This document shows, one piece after another, positions 10,162 to 19,120 of a stretch of DNA of 64,000 nucleotides. The DNA comes from Candidatus Latescibacterota bacterium (lineage in GTDB: Bacteria > Latescibacterota > UBA2968), in NCBI GenBank assembly GCA_965205975.1, contig OZ242195.1, positions 1,376,001 to 1,440,000 of the forward strand, read 5' to 3'. The notes under the pieces were generated by a model. The model saw nothing but the letters and a program-made list of their open reading frames with translations. It was not told where the DNA came from and made no database searches. Each line of letters opens with the position of its first letter. Positions within the stretch are counted from its first letter, which is position 1. Made by a program: the position numbers and the translations under genes.

Positions 10162-12390
10162 ATGATGGATCGTTTACTGGATAATGAACAAAACGGTAGT
10201 TTGAATTGGTTGAAATATGCTTTGCCCGAAGGCGAAGATGAACTTATCCGGGTGCAGACCGATCTGGATGAAAAAGGCGACTTCGGAAACCAGTGGGTAG
10301 TAGTGACGCGCAATCGCGTGCTGGTGCGACAAAATGGCGCAATAGCAGATATTCCGATTTCCGAAATTGAACTGGCGCGGACCGAGGCTCTGGTGGGCGG
10401 TGCGCGTCTGGAAATTCATCGTAAAAATAAGCCGACCATTCACGTTCCGTATTCCCTGACGCAGGCACAAAAATTTTCGGAGACCACGCGAGGGATTGAG
10501 CAACTGCGCAAGGGGCAAGAATTTTTTATCAATGCGCATCTGGATCGCACAATCTGCGAATCGTGTGGCCGACTATTGCCCGAAAAAAATGGGATATGTC
10601 CGGCGTGTTTGAACAAATTTGCAACGCTGGGGCGCATTGCATCGTATTTGAAGCCGTACAAAATACGCGCGATTGTGCTGGCTCTGGCGTCTATTGTGGG
10701 AACGGTTGCCGAATTGATTCCTCCTTATGTGACCAAGCTCATTGTCGATGATGTGCTGGTGCTGCCCGAAGGCACAGAGGTACAGTATGACGAACGGCTC
10801 AGTTTGCTCGGCTGGCTCGTAATGGCTCTGGTGGGCATCCGGCTGATAACCTGGGGGGCAGAATGGGCGCACGGCTGGACAGTTACGTGGCTTTCCGCAC
10901 GGGTGACGGCGGATATCCGCAGCCAGCTTTACAGGCGTTTGGAATTGCTATCCCTGCAATTTTACGACAAACGGCAAGTTGGCGCAGTGATGTCTCGCGT
11001 GACGACGGATAGCAGTCGTTTACAGATGTTTTTGGTCGATGGATTGCCCTATCTGGTGATCGAGGCGATGATGTTGCTGGGGATTCTCGCCGCGCTGTTT
11101 ATGATGAGTTGGTCACTGGCTATTCTGGTGCTGATTCCCGTGCCGTTAATCATGATCTGGGGATATGCGTTTTATCGGCGGATGCGGAAATTTTTTACCA
11201 GTTGGATGCAGTCGTGGTCTGACACTATGGCGCGAGTCAATGAAGCGCTCACGGGCATTCGCGTGGTGAAGGCGTTTGCACAGGAAAAGCAGGAAATCAG
11301 GGTGTTCAAAAGGCGCAATGATAAATTGACGCGCATCGGCATTACGACAGAGGTCAACCGGGGCATTTTTTACAAAACGATGACCCTGTTGACCGCGGCA
11401 GGCGTGATTATTGTGTGGTATTACGGGGGGCTGGAGGTGATCGATGGGGAGTTGACACTCGGCACTTTGATGGCTTTTTACAGTTATATGATGTTGCTCT
11501 ACGGTCCACTGGAATGGTTTGGGATGGTCAATTCGTGGATGACGCGCGCAATGGCCGGTGCTGAGCGCATTTTTGAGATTATCGACACGCCCTCCGAAGC
11601 GTATCAGGACCCCAATGCCGTGCCGATGCCCAATATTGAAGGGCGCGTGAAGTTTGATGACGTCACATTTGGATACGACAAGAGCAAGCCCGTGCTACAC
11701 GAAATCAACCTCGATGTCAAACCGGGGGAGATGATCGGGCTGGTGGGAAAATCTGGCGTGGGCAAGACGACAACGGTAAATCTGATTTGTCGGTTCTACG
11801 ATGTTGACCGCGGAAGCATTGAGGTTGATGGGGTGAATTTGCGCGATATACGGCTGGAGGATTTGCGGTCTCAAATTGGCATTGTGTTGCAAGAGCCGTT
11901 TCTGTTTTCGGGCAGTATTGCAGAAAATATCGGCTATGGCAAGCCGGGCGCGACATTCGATGAGATTGTGGAAGCGGCCAGGGCTGCCCATGCACACGAC
12001 TTTATCGTGACAAAGCCCGATGGCTACGATACGCTCATCGGTGAGCGAGGAGAATCGCTTTCGGGAGGTGAACGGCAACGCGTGTCCATTGCCCGGGCCA
12101 TTTTACACGATCCCAGGATTTTGATCTTAGACGAGGCCACGTCGTCTGTTGATGTGCAAACGGAAAAACGCATTCAAGATGCGGTTGTGCGCCTGGTCAA
12201 AGGACGAACGACTTTTGCAATAGCCCACCGTTTATCCACCCTTCGCAATGCCGACCGTCTGGTGGTGATGGATGCCGGACGCATTGTGGAAATGGGAACG
12301 CACCGAGAATTGCTGGAACAGAAAGGCATGTTTTACAAATTGGTGCAGATGCAAGAAGAGATTTCACAGATTATTGCAATTAAGGAATAG
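10162..12390 (+). CDS. ABC exporter (TMD+NBD) with N-terminal beta-rich domain and CxxC..CxxC ribbon
   Basis: Walker A GKSGVGKTT, LSGGERQR, ILILDEAT, IAHRLST; multi-TM region; CESCGRLLPEKNGICPAC. Confidence 0.9.
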   Translation: MMDRLLDNEQNGSLNWLKYALPEGEDELIRVQTDLDEKGDFGNQWVVVTRNRVLVRQNGAIADIPISEIELARTEALVGGARLEIHRKNKPTIHVPYSLTQAQKFSETTRGIEQLRKGQEFFINAHLDRTICESCGRLLPEKNGICPACLNKFATLGRIASYLKPYKIRAIVLALASIVGTVAELIPPYVTKLIVDDVLVLPEGTEVQYDERLSLLGWLVMALVGIRLITWGAEWAHGWTVTWLSARVTADIRSQLYRRLELLSLQFYDKRQVGAVMSRVTTDSSRLQMFLVDGLPYLVIEAMMLLGILAALFMMSWSLAILVLIPVPLIMIWGYAFYRRMRKFFTSWMQSWSDTMARVNEALTGIRVVKAFAQEKQEIRVFKRRNDKLTRIGITTEVNRGIFYKTMTLLTAAGVIIVWYYGGLEVIDGELTLGTLMAFYSYMMLLYGPLEWFGMVNSWMTRAMAGAERIFEIIDTPSEAYQDPNAVPMPNIEGRVKFDDVTFGYDKSKPVLHEINLDVKPGEMIGLVGKSGVGKTTTVNLICRFYDVDRGSIEVDGVNLRDIRLEDLRSQIGIVLQEPFLFSGSIAENIGYGKPGATFDEIVEAARAAHAHDFIVTKPDGYDTLIGERGESLSGGERQRVSIARAILHDPRILILDEATSSVDVQTEKRIQDAVVRLVKGRTTFAIAHRLSTLRNADRLVVMDAGRIVEMGTHRELLEQKGMFYKLVQMQEEISQIIAIKE

Positions 12391-12396
12391 GTTCAC

Positions 12397-14676
12397 ATGA
12401 ATTACGCACCTGGAAAACCATTGATCGAAAAACTCCCCCCATCCGTGGCAAAGAAGCTGAGTGCGGCGAAGCCCAATGGCGAGACTGTGCTGATGCAGGT
12501 GGCAACGGATCTGGACGAATCCCTAAATTACAACCCGCAGTGGGTGGTGGTGACCGATCAACAGGTACTGGTGATTCCCGAATCGGGTGTAGATGGCACG
12601 CAGTCAATGGCGATTGGCGATGTGGAAGACGTGAAAGTGGAGGAGCGCGTGGGGTTGGGTGCTCTGGCATTGACGCACAAAGCGGGACCCGGAATGCATG
12701 TATCTTATTCGCCATCTCTTACCGCTGTGTTTGCCGAAGTGGCCGATGGGATTCGGCAGTTGATGGACAATGAGCCGCTAACGTTGCCCACAGAATTGGA
12801 ACAGACGCATTGCGAGAATTGTGGGCGGCGATTGCCCGAAAAAAATGGGGTGTGTGCTGCGTGTTTAAAAAAGTGGCAGACATTCCGGCGTATCGTGGGT
12901 TATATGGCTGCTTATCCCGTGCGCCTGGTGACGACCATAGCTCTGACATTTGTCAGCGCTTTATTTACGCTGCTGCCACCCAAAATTACGGAATATGTGA
13001 TTGACGGTGTTTTGACAACGGGCTGGGACGCGGTTACAATTCCATTAATTGAGTCAACAGATCGCCTTGATCGATTGGGGCTGTTGATCTTAGGGCTTGT
13101 TATTATACGGCTGCTAATCTGGGGCGTCGATGTGGTGATGGCTGCGCTGAGTCGATCGTTGGGGTTGCGCGCTATCGGTGATTTGCGGGAAGATCTCTAT
13201 CGCGCGTTTCAGATGGTACCCGTTCGCTTTTACGACCGGCGAAAAGTGGGTGCGCTGACGTCCCGCATGAATAATGATACGGACCGCATGGAAGTGATCA
13301 TGACGTATGATTTTTATTATGTGTTTTCAAACAGTTTGTTATTTGTCGGCATTCTCGGCTTTCTGGCGTGGATGAACTGGCAACTCACGCTGTTTGTGAT
13401 CGCACCTATTCCGCTAATTGTGCTTGCCGGTACGCGAATATGGTACCGCATTATGACATTCTGGACGCAGTGGTCGGGAAAGTGGGGCAGGCTATCGGCG
13501 CAGTTGAATGAGTCGATTCACGGTATTCGCGTTGTGAAGGCATTTGCACAGGAAGCAAAGGAGAGCGAGCGTTTTGACCAATACAACGAGGATCTGCGCG
13601 ATGTGGATACCCGGGGTGAACGGGCCTGGTTTGTTTTTTGGACCGTGACAAATCTATTTATGAATGTGGGTGTGTTTTTTGTATGGTACTTTGGCGGGCG
13701 GCAGATTCTGGACGGAGAATTGACGCTGGGTGCGTTAATCGCATTTATGAGTTATCTCTGGATGTTGTACCAGCCACTGCGCTGGTTCGGCGATTTTTAC
13801 AGTTATATTTTGCGGGCATTTGCAGGCGCGCAGCGCGTGTTCGAAGTGATTGATTCCGAACCTGAGCCTTACCAAAAACCCGATGCCGTGCGCTTGCCCA
13901 AAATTGAGGGCGGTTTGAAGTTCGAGTCCGTGTTTTTTGGTTATGACCCGGGCAAGCCCGTGCTCAAGGGGGTTGACCTTGAGGTGAAAGCGGGTGAGAT
14001 GATTGGGCTGGTGGGCAAATCGGGCGCTGGCAAGTCAACGCTGATCAATCTGGTGTGTCGGTTCTACGATCCCGACCGCGGGCGGTTGCTGGTGGATGGT
14101 GTGCCGATGACCGATGCGAATTTGCGCGATTTGCGATCCCAAATTGGGATGGTGCATCAGCAGCCCTTTTTGTTTGACGGCACGATTGCCGAAAATATCG
14201 CCTATGGCAAACCAGATGCGACTTTTGACGAGGTAATGCGCGCCGCAATCGCAGCCGAAGCACACGAGTTCATTGTCAAAAAGCCCGATGGTTATGATAT
14301 GCGAGTGGGAGAAAGTGGCGGGCGTCTCTCAGGTGGCGAAAAACAGCGGGTGTCTATCGCGCGGGCAATTTTGCACAATCCGCGAATTCTCATTCTCGAT
14401 GAAGCGACGTCTTCGCTGGATACACCGACCGAGAAGAAGATCCAGGTGGCGATTGCGCGTTTGGTTGAAGGGCGCACGACATTTGCTATAGCACATCGTT
14501 TGTCAACGCTTCGCAGCGCGGATCGGCTCGTGGTGATGGATGAGGGCAATATCGCCGAAGTCGGAACGCATCGTGAGTTGATGGATCGGGAAGGCATTTT
14601 TTATCGCCTGGTCAAGACACAGCAAGAGACGACACTGGATATGTTTATGACTGCGGTGGGGGTAGAGTTGGAATAA
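12397..14676 (+). CDS. ABC exporter (TMD+NBD), paralog of the preceding gene
   Basis: GKSGAGKST, LSGGEKQR, ILILDEAT, IAHRLST; CENCGRRLPEKNGVCAAC. Confidence 0.9.
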   Translation: MNYAPGKPLIEKLPPSVAKKLSAAKPNGETVLMQVATDLDESLNYNPQWVVVTDQQVLVIPESGVDGTQSMAIGDVEDVKVEERVGLGALALTHKAGPGMHVSYSPSLTAVFAEVADGIRQLMDNEPLTLPTELEQTHCENCGRRLPEKNGVCAACLKKWQTFRRIVGYMAAYPVRLVTTIALTFVSALFTLLPPKITEYVIDGVLTTGWDAVTIPLIESTDRLDRLGLLILGLVIIRLLIWGVDVVMAALSRSLGLRAIGDLREDLYRAFQMVPVRFYDRRKVGALTSRMNNDTDRMEVIMTYDFYYVFSNSLLFVGILGFLAWMNWQLTLFVIAPIPLIVLAGTRIWYRIMTFWTQWSGKWGRLSAQLNESIHGIRVVKAFAQEAKESERFDQYNEDLRDVDTRGERAWFVFWTVTNLFMNVGVFFVWYFGGRQILDGELTLGALIAFMSYLWMLYQPLRWFGDFYSYILRAFAGAQRVFEVIDSEPEPYQKPDAVRLPKIEGGLKFESVFFGYDPGKPVLKGVDLEVKAGEMIGLVGKSGAGKSTLINLVCRFYDPDRGRLLVDGVPMTDANLRDLRSQIGMVHQQPFLFDGTIAENIAYGKPDATFDEVMRAAIAAEAHEFIVKKPDGYDMRVGESGGRLSGGEKQRVSIARAILHNPRILILDEATSSLDTPTEKKIQVAIARLVEGRTTFAIAHRLSTLRSADRLVVMDEGNIAEVGTHRELMDREGIFYRLVKTQQETTLDMFMTAVGVELE

Positions 14677-14687
14677 GAGGTGCGCCT

Positions 14688-14715
14688 GTAGGGGCAGTGC
14701 CCCTGTGCCTGCCCG
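14688..14715 (+). repeat. GTAG-type REP-like palindrome
   Basis: GTAG followed by a GGGCAG...CTGCCC stem; intergenic; single copy seen. Confidence 0.5.
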
Positions 14716-14744
14716 TTTAAGAGTAATTTTGATTGGAGATTTTG

Positions 14745-15314
14745 ATGGCTACGGATATGCTGGAGATGGAAGTGGAAGAGCTTAAAGAAAATGCAGAGGA
14801 ATGGAAGCCGATACCCATTGAGATGGTGCATCCCGAATCGGTTGACCCGCGTAAGATCCGCTTGTTTAAGGAGCCACAGTGGATTTTGCGGATGACGATT
14901 GAAGGGGATCGGTCCTATACCCGAGTGAAAGTAGTGCGGGCAGCACCTTTGACGGAACCGGATCGCTATTTTTGCATTCTGGATATCAAGGATGAAGCGA
15001 TCTGCATGATCAAGGATCTGGCTGATTTGCCAGAAGAGAGCCGGTCTCTGGTGTATGAAGAACTGGATAATCGATATTTGACGGCAGAGATTCAGAAAAT
15101 CGTGGCATTGCAAAATGAATATGGCGTGACGTACTGGACTGTCGATACAGACCGGGGCAGGCGCGATTTTGTCGCCAAGTCCGTCGCCGAAAACGCGCAG
15201 TGGCTGGGAGAGACGCGATTGATGATTTTTGATGTGGATAACAACCGCTTTGAGGTACCCGATATACGGGCGCTGGACCGCCGCAGTCAGGGATTGCTGG
15301 AATCGGTTGTGTGA
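14745..15314 (+). CDS. DUF1854 domain-containing protein
   Basis: VRAAPLTEPDRY, EELDNRYL, YWTVDTDRGRRDF, DVDNNRFEVPDIRALDRRS. This family is commonly found next to this ABC exporter type. SD GGAG before ATG 14745. Confidence 0.8.
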   Translation: MATDMLEMEVEELKENAEEWKPIPIEMVHPESVDPRKIRLFKEPQWILRMTIEGDRSYTRVKVVRAAPLTEPDRYFCILDIKDEAICMIKDLADLPEESRSLVYEELDNRYLTAEIQKIVALQNEYGVTYWTVDTDRGRRDFVAKSVAENAQWLGETRLMIFDVDNNRFEVPDIRALDRRSQGLLESVV

Positions 15315-15526
15315 CAATATCCCGCCAGCACACGCCTGCAGCAAGATCGTAAGCCGCTATGTTGCCCCGTGTGCTCAATTTCCGTATATTGATTTGGCTC
15401 AGGCAAGCATTTCCCCACCCCGTCGATTGGACGATGGATAAAGATGACCGGATACATGGTCTCATCAACTCTGGCAAGATGTCCGGTATCAACTGGATTT
15501 GGGAGTTCTGGAAAAGGATAGAATCT

Positions 15527-15811
15527 ATGAAGCCGAACAACGACAAAGCGATGGTTGACACCAAAACCATCGAGGCATCGGAGTTCAAGATCAAGTGTCT
15601 GAAGCTCATGGACGAGGTTGCTGAAACCGGCGAAGATATTGTCATTACCAGGAACGGCCGCCCGGTTTCGAGACTCGTGCCGTATTGGGAGAAGCCAAAG
15701 ACACTTTGGGGCATTGACCGCGGAAGATTCGAGATACTTGATGACATCATCGAGCCAATTGACGTGGAATGGGAGGCCGAAACCGGTAAAATGCGAGACG
15801 GTGACAAGTGA
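15527..15811 (+). CDS. Phd/YefM family antitoxin
   Basis: IEASEFKIKCLKLMDEVAETGEDIVITRNGRPVSRLVP is a classic Phd motif. SD AAGGA before ATG 15527; alternative start 15551. Confidence 0.88.
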   Translation: MKPNNDKAMVDTKTIEASEFKIKCLKLMDEVAETGEDIVITRNGRPVSRLVPYWEKPKTLWGIDRGRFEILDDIIEPIDVEWEAETGKMRDGDK

Positions 15812-15820
15812 TTCTACTCG
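15808..15820 (+). pseudogene. Stub of a VapC/PIN toxin gene (first 4 codons)
   Basis: GTGA start/stop overlap with the antitoxin, reading M-I-L-L. PIN toxins typically start MILLDTH; the sequence diverges here and runs into a terminator. Confidence 0.45.
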
Positions 15821-15834
15821 TACAATCGAGCTGC

Positions 15835-15877
15835 AAAGAGCATGCCCCGGCATTTTTGATGCTGGGGTGTTCTTTTT
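15835..15877 (+). terminator. Intrinsic terminator
   Basis: AAAGAGCATGCCCCGGCAT / ATGCTGGGGTGTTCTTT stem followed by a T tract. Confidence 0.65.
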
Positions 15878-15975
15878 GGGGTGGGGTATCCTGTTCTTCC
15901 TTGCATCACTGGATAGAACCATTCCAGTGCAGGCTCTGCTTATCCTGATCCTTTTTTCTTGTCTGATCTTTCACT

Positions 15976-16405
15976 TTCCTGTAGGAAGCCACGTCCTTTG
16001 GGCGTGGTCAGAGATAGTTGGCTTTGCCGTTAAGCCGTTTTGTAGGTATATTTCGCAGGTGCTATCGTAGCGCACACAAAGGCACTCTCTTTTGAGAGTA
16101 AACGGTTTCAGTGTGGGATAGCACACAAAACCCTCTCTGTGATGTTAGTTGAGAGGCAGATTTGGCAACAACAGCGGTATGGATTGCGGTTGTGTTGTCG
16201 TCAAATCTGATGGGCACAGTTAGGGGCCTGACCTCCCAAACCTGCGGTAGCAATCCGCTGCTGTCAACTGCCCTGAAGTCTCGCCACGCAGTGAGCGGTT
16301 TAAACCTAAGCCCTTGCTCGGATATGCTGCATTGCCTCCAATGGGTGGGTCAAGCACCTGGGGTGTGGCAGGGACAAGCCACCTGCTCAGCAGGTGGTGG
16401 TTGAC
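15976..16405 (+). mobile_element. Non-autonomous IS200/IS605-family derivative with TnpB omega-RNA-like 3' module, no intact ORF
   Basis: Left subterminal hairpin GAAG-CCACGTCC-TTT-GGGCGTGG (15989-16007). Right hairpin CAAG-CCACCTGC-TCA-GCAGGTGG then TGGTTGAC (to 16405). GTCAACTGCC (16263-72) can pair with GGTGGTTGAC (16396-405). Left boundary is approximate. Confidence 0.62.
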
Positions 16406-16501
16406 GAATCACTAACTTGTCGAAACTCAGTGAGACATTTGCGCGTCTTATTGCAATCGGATATCAGCAAGTCATTTTAATACAGTTATCTGGAGGATTT
16501 T

Positions 16502-18265
16502 ATGCGAAAGAAAATAGGTCGAATTTTGGCCTGGATTGGTGGGATTACGGTTGGGCTGGTCGTCCTGACCGTCTTGTCAATTGTATTGCTATCTGGCGAA
16601 GATCCCGTGCCCGATCAGGTGATTTTGGAGATCAACCTGGAGCAGGGGGTTGCGGAGTATGTACCCGAAGATCCATTTGCAAAGTTAATCTCAGACGATG
16701 TGCGCTCGCTACGCGATGTGGTAGGTGCTTTAGACGCGGCGGCTTTAGATGACCGCGTTGTGGGGTTGCTGGCCCGAGGGGGCGGAGCACCGATGGGCTT
16801 TGCGCAGGCACAAGAGATAAGAGATGCGGTTCTGGATTTTGGAAAAAGCGGAAAACCCACCGCGATTTTTGCCGAGACATTTGGCGAATTTGGATCGGGA
16901 AATGTCGGATATTATCTGGCGACAGCATTTGAGCACATCTATCTTCAGCCCTCGGGTGATGTGGGTTTGATCGGACTGGCAATGGAGCATCCCTTTGTGA
17001 AGGGAACATTGGATTCGCTTGGGATTGGTGTGCAGATGGATCACCGGTATGAGTATAAAAATGCGATGAACCTATATACCGAAACCGAATTTACAGATGC
17101 GCATCGCGAGGCGAGTGAGGTACTTTTGAAGTCGATGGTCGATCAGATGGTCCTGGGGATTTCACAAGGGCGAGATACAACGCCCGAAGCCGTGCGCGAT
17201 CTCATTAACCGCGGACCTTTTTTGGCCTTATCTGCCCATGCCGAAGGCCTGGTAGATAGCCTGGCGTATTGGGATGAAGTGCGCGACCTGGTGAAGCGCG
17301 AGCATGGCGAAGATACCAAATGGTTGGATATAAAAAATTATCTCAAGCGCATTGATGAAAAACCTTATGGTGAAGGGACAAAGGTGGCGTTGATATACGG
17401 CGTGGGACCTGTGCTTCGCGGGAAGAGTGCCTACGATCCCTTATATGGGTCTGCTACAATGGGCGCGAGTACCCTGACCAAAGCTTTTCGCGATGCTGTG
17501 AAGGATAAGGATGTACGTGCAATTTTGTTTCGAATAGACTCTCCCGGTGGGTCTTACGTTGCTTCTGACGCGATCTGGCGCGAGGTTGCCAAAGCTAAGA
17601 AGGCCGACAAACCAGTAGTTGTATCAATGGGTAATGTGGCCGGTTCTGGGGGATATTTTGTGGCGATGAATGCCGATAAAATTGTGGCGCAACCCGGTAG
17701 CATCACGGGATCCATTGGGGTATTAGCGGGAAAGTTTGTGACAACTGAGTTTTGGGAACGTCTGGGCATAACCTGGGATACGGCGCAAGTGGGAGAAAAT
17801 GCGCTGATATGGAGCACGGGTGTAGAATTTACACCCGAACAATGGGCGAGATTTCAGACGTGGTTAGACCGCATTTACGAAGATTTCACGGCAAAGGTGG
17901 GCGAAGGACGCAATATGTCACGGGCCGATGTTCACGCTGTGGCAAAGGGACGAATCTGGACAGGGGAGGATGCAAAATCGCACGGTCTGGTCGATGAATT
18001 GGGCGGCATGAAGACCGCGATGCGTCTGATTCGGGAGGCATTGGAATTGGAAGCTGATGCATCTCTCAACCTCGTGGTATTTCCGAAAGAAAAGACGTTA
18101 ATAGAACAGGTGATGGAAAAAGGCCTGATCCGCACGATGAGCAATGGCGATGCGCTGGTGAGACTCATCACAGAGTTGCAACCCGTTTTTCGCTTTGCGC
18201 GCACAGTGGGGCAGCCGCGACAGGTTTTGGAGATGACACCCGTAGATATTCGGTTAGACGAATAG
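16502..18265 (+). CDS. sppA: Signal peptide peptidase SppA (S49, long two-domain form)
   Basis: N-terminal TM, YKNA, RIDSPGG, SMGNVAGSGGY, TGSIGV, GRIWTGEDA...GLVDELGG. Confidence 0.93.
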   Translation: MRKKIGRILAWIGGITVGLVVLTVLSIVLLSGEDPVPDQVILEINLEQGVAEYVPEDPFAKLISDDVRSLRDVVGALDAAALDDRVVGLLARGGGAPMGFAQAQEIRDAVLDFGKSGKPTAIFAETFGEFGSGNVGYYLATAFEHIYLQPSGDVGLIGLAMEHPFVKGTLDSLGIGVQMDHRYEYKNAMNLYTETEFTDAHREASEVLLKSMVDQMVLGISQGRDTTPEAVRDLINRGPFLALSAHAEGLVDSLAYWDEVRDLVKREHGEDTKWLDIKNYLKRIDEKPYGEGTKVALIYGVGPVLRGKSAYDPLYGSATMGASTLTKAFRDAVKDKDVRAILFRIDSPGGSYVASDAIWREVAKAKKADKPVVVSMGNVAGSGGYFVAMNADKIVAQPGSITGSIGVLAGKFVTTEFWERLGITWDTAQVGENALIWSTGVEFTPEQWARFQTWLDRIYEDFTAKVGEGRNMSRADVHAVAKGRIWTGEDAKSHGLVDELGGMKTAMRLIREALELEADASLNLVVFPKEKTLIEQVMEKGLIRTMSNGDALVRLITELQPVFRFARTVGQPRQVLEMTPVDIRLDE

Positions 18266-18294
18266 ACGAATAGACGAATAGACGAATAGACGAA
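18255..18294 (+). repeat. Octamer tandem repeat (TAGACGAA)x5
   Basis: Five exact copies; the second contains the sppA stop codon. Confidence 0.9.
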
Positions 18295-18331
18295 CCCCAC
18301 CCAACCACTCCAAGTTAGTCAGAACTGCGTC

Positions 18332-18355
18332 GCTGATTCGTAGATTCGCTGATTC
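18332..18355 (+). repeat. Octamer tandem repeat G(C/T)(T/A)GATTC x3
   Basis: GCTGATTC GTAGATTC GCTGATTC immediately before the SD AAGGAGG. Confidence 0.65.
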
Positions 18356-18367
18356 AAGGAGGGCATT

Positions 18368-19120
18368 ATGATTACTGCAGATTTTGAAGCGTATTTGACA
18401 GATGATTGGTATGGGCAGCAGATAACGGTTGACGCTTTGCTGGAATGTGAGGCCGAAGCGGGATTTGAGATGGCGGTGGTCATGCCGCAGACCAAACCCG
18501 TTCCAGATAATGATGGGTTGCTCGACAAGACAGCGGGACACCCCCAGCTTTTGCCCTGTCCGCTCGTGGATCCACATTGGGGCGAAGAAGGAATTTCCGC
18601 TTTGAAGACGTATGTCGATCGCGGTGCTCAGGGCGTGAAGTTAATGGGTGCTATTCACAAATACAATGTGGATGATCCCATGGTCATTCCTTTTGTTGAG
18701 ACGGCGCGCGATCTGGGGATTGTGGTATCGATTCATTCTGGGCGCGACAACTGCAGTGCTGAGCGCATTGGCAATGTGGCGCGACAAGTGCCCGGCGTGC
18801 CAATTATTATGGACCACATGGGCTTTCCCGATGGGTTTGATACAGCCCTTGATGTGTGCAGAGAATGTCCCGATGTTTATCTGGGCACAACGATTCTGAG
18901 ATTTCACAAGTTGTGGGCTATTAATCCCGAAGAAACCGTGCCGCATGAGGTCAAACAGGCTGTTGAAGAATTGGGACCCGAACGGATTGTTTTTGGGTCC
19001 AATTTGCCGGAATATCGCCCGATTCAGGTCAAGCGAGCAATTCAGCGATTGGAATTGGGTAACGAAGCGGAAGCACTGATCTTTGGAGGTAATTTGGGGC
19101 GGATTTATGGCATTGAATGA
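18368..19120 (+). CDS. Amidohydrolase_2 family protein
   Basis: GAQGVKL, VSIHSG, IIMDHMG, LGPERIVFGSNLP, IFGGNL pattern of the TIM-barrel amidohydrolase-2 family. SD AAGGAGG. Confidence 0.8.
   Translation: MITADFEAYLTDDWYGQQITVDALLECEAEAGFEMAVVMPQTKPVPDNDGLLDKTAGHPQLLPCPLVDPHWGEEGISALKTYVDRGAQGVKLMGAIHKYNVDDPMVIPFVETARDLGIVVSIHSGRDNCSAERIGNVARQVPGVPIIMDHMGFPDGFDTALDVCRECPDVYLGTTILRFHKLWAINPEETVPHEVKQAVEELGPERIVFGSNLPEYRPIQVKRAIQRLELGNEAEALIFGGNLGRIYGIE

Noticed and set aside
6313..15314. Lasso peptide cluster (AsnB-like cyclase plus ABC exporters)
   Set aside because: No precursor peptide, RRE/PqqD or transglutaminase-like B protein is visible nearby.
15359..15526. N-terminal extension of the Phd ORF
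   Set aside because: Family similarity starts near 15551 and an SD precedes ATG 15527.
16240..16300. Group I intron / IStron (GCAATCCGCTGC resembles a Q-like motif)
   Set aside because: No R or S (P7) consensus was found and no host gene is interrupted.
15618..16404. ORFs 15618-16070, 16062-16253 and 16162-16404 as real proteins
   Set aside because: They cross a terminator and structured non-coding DNA, lack SDs, and their hydrophobicity comes from T-rich sequence.
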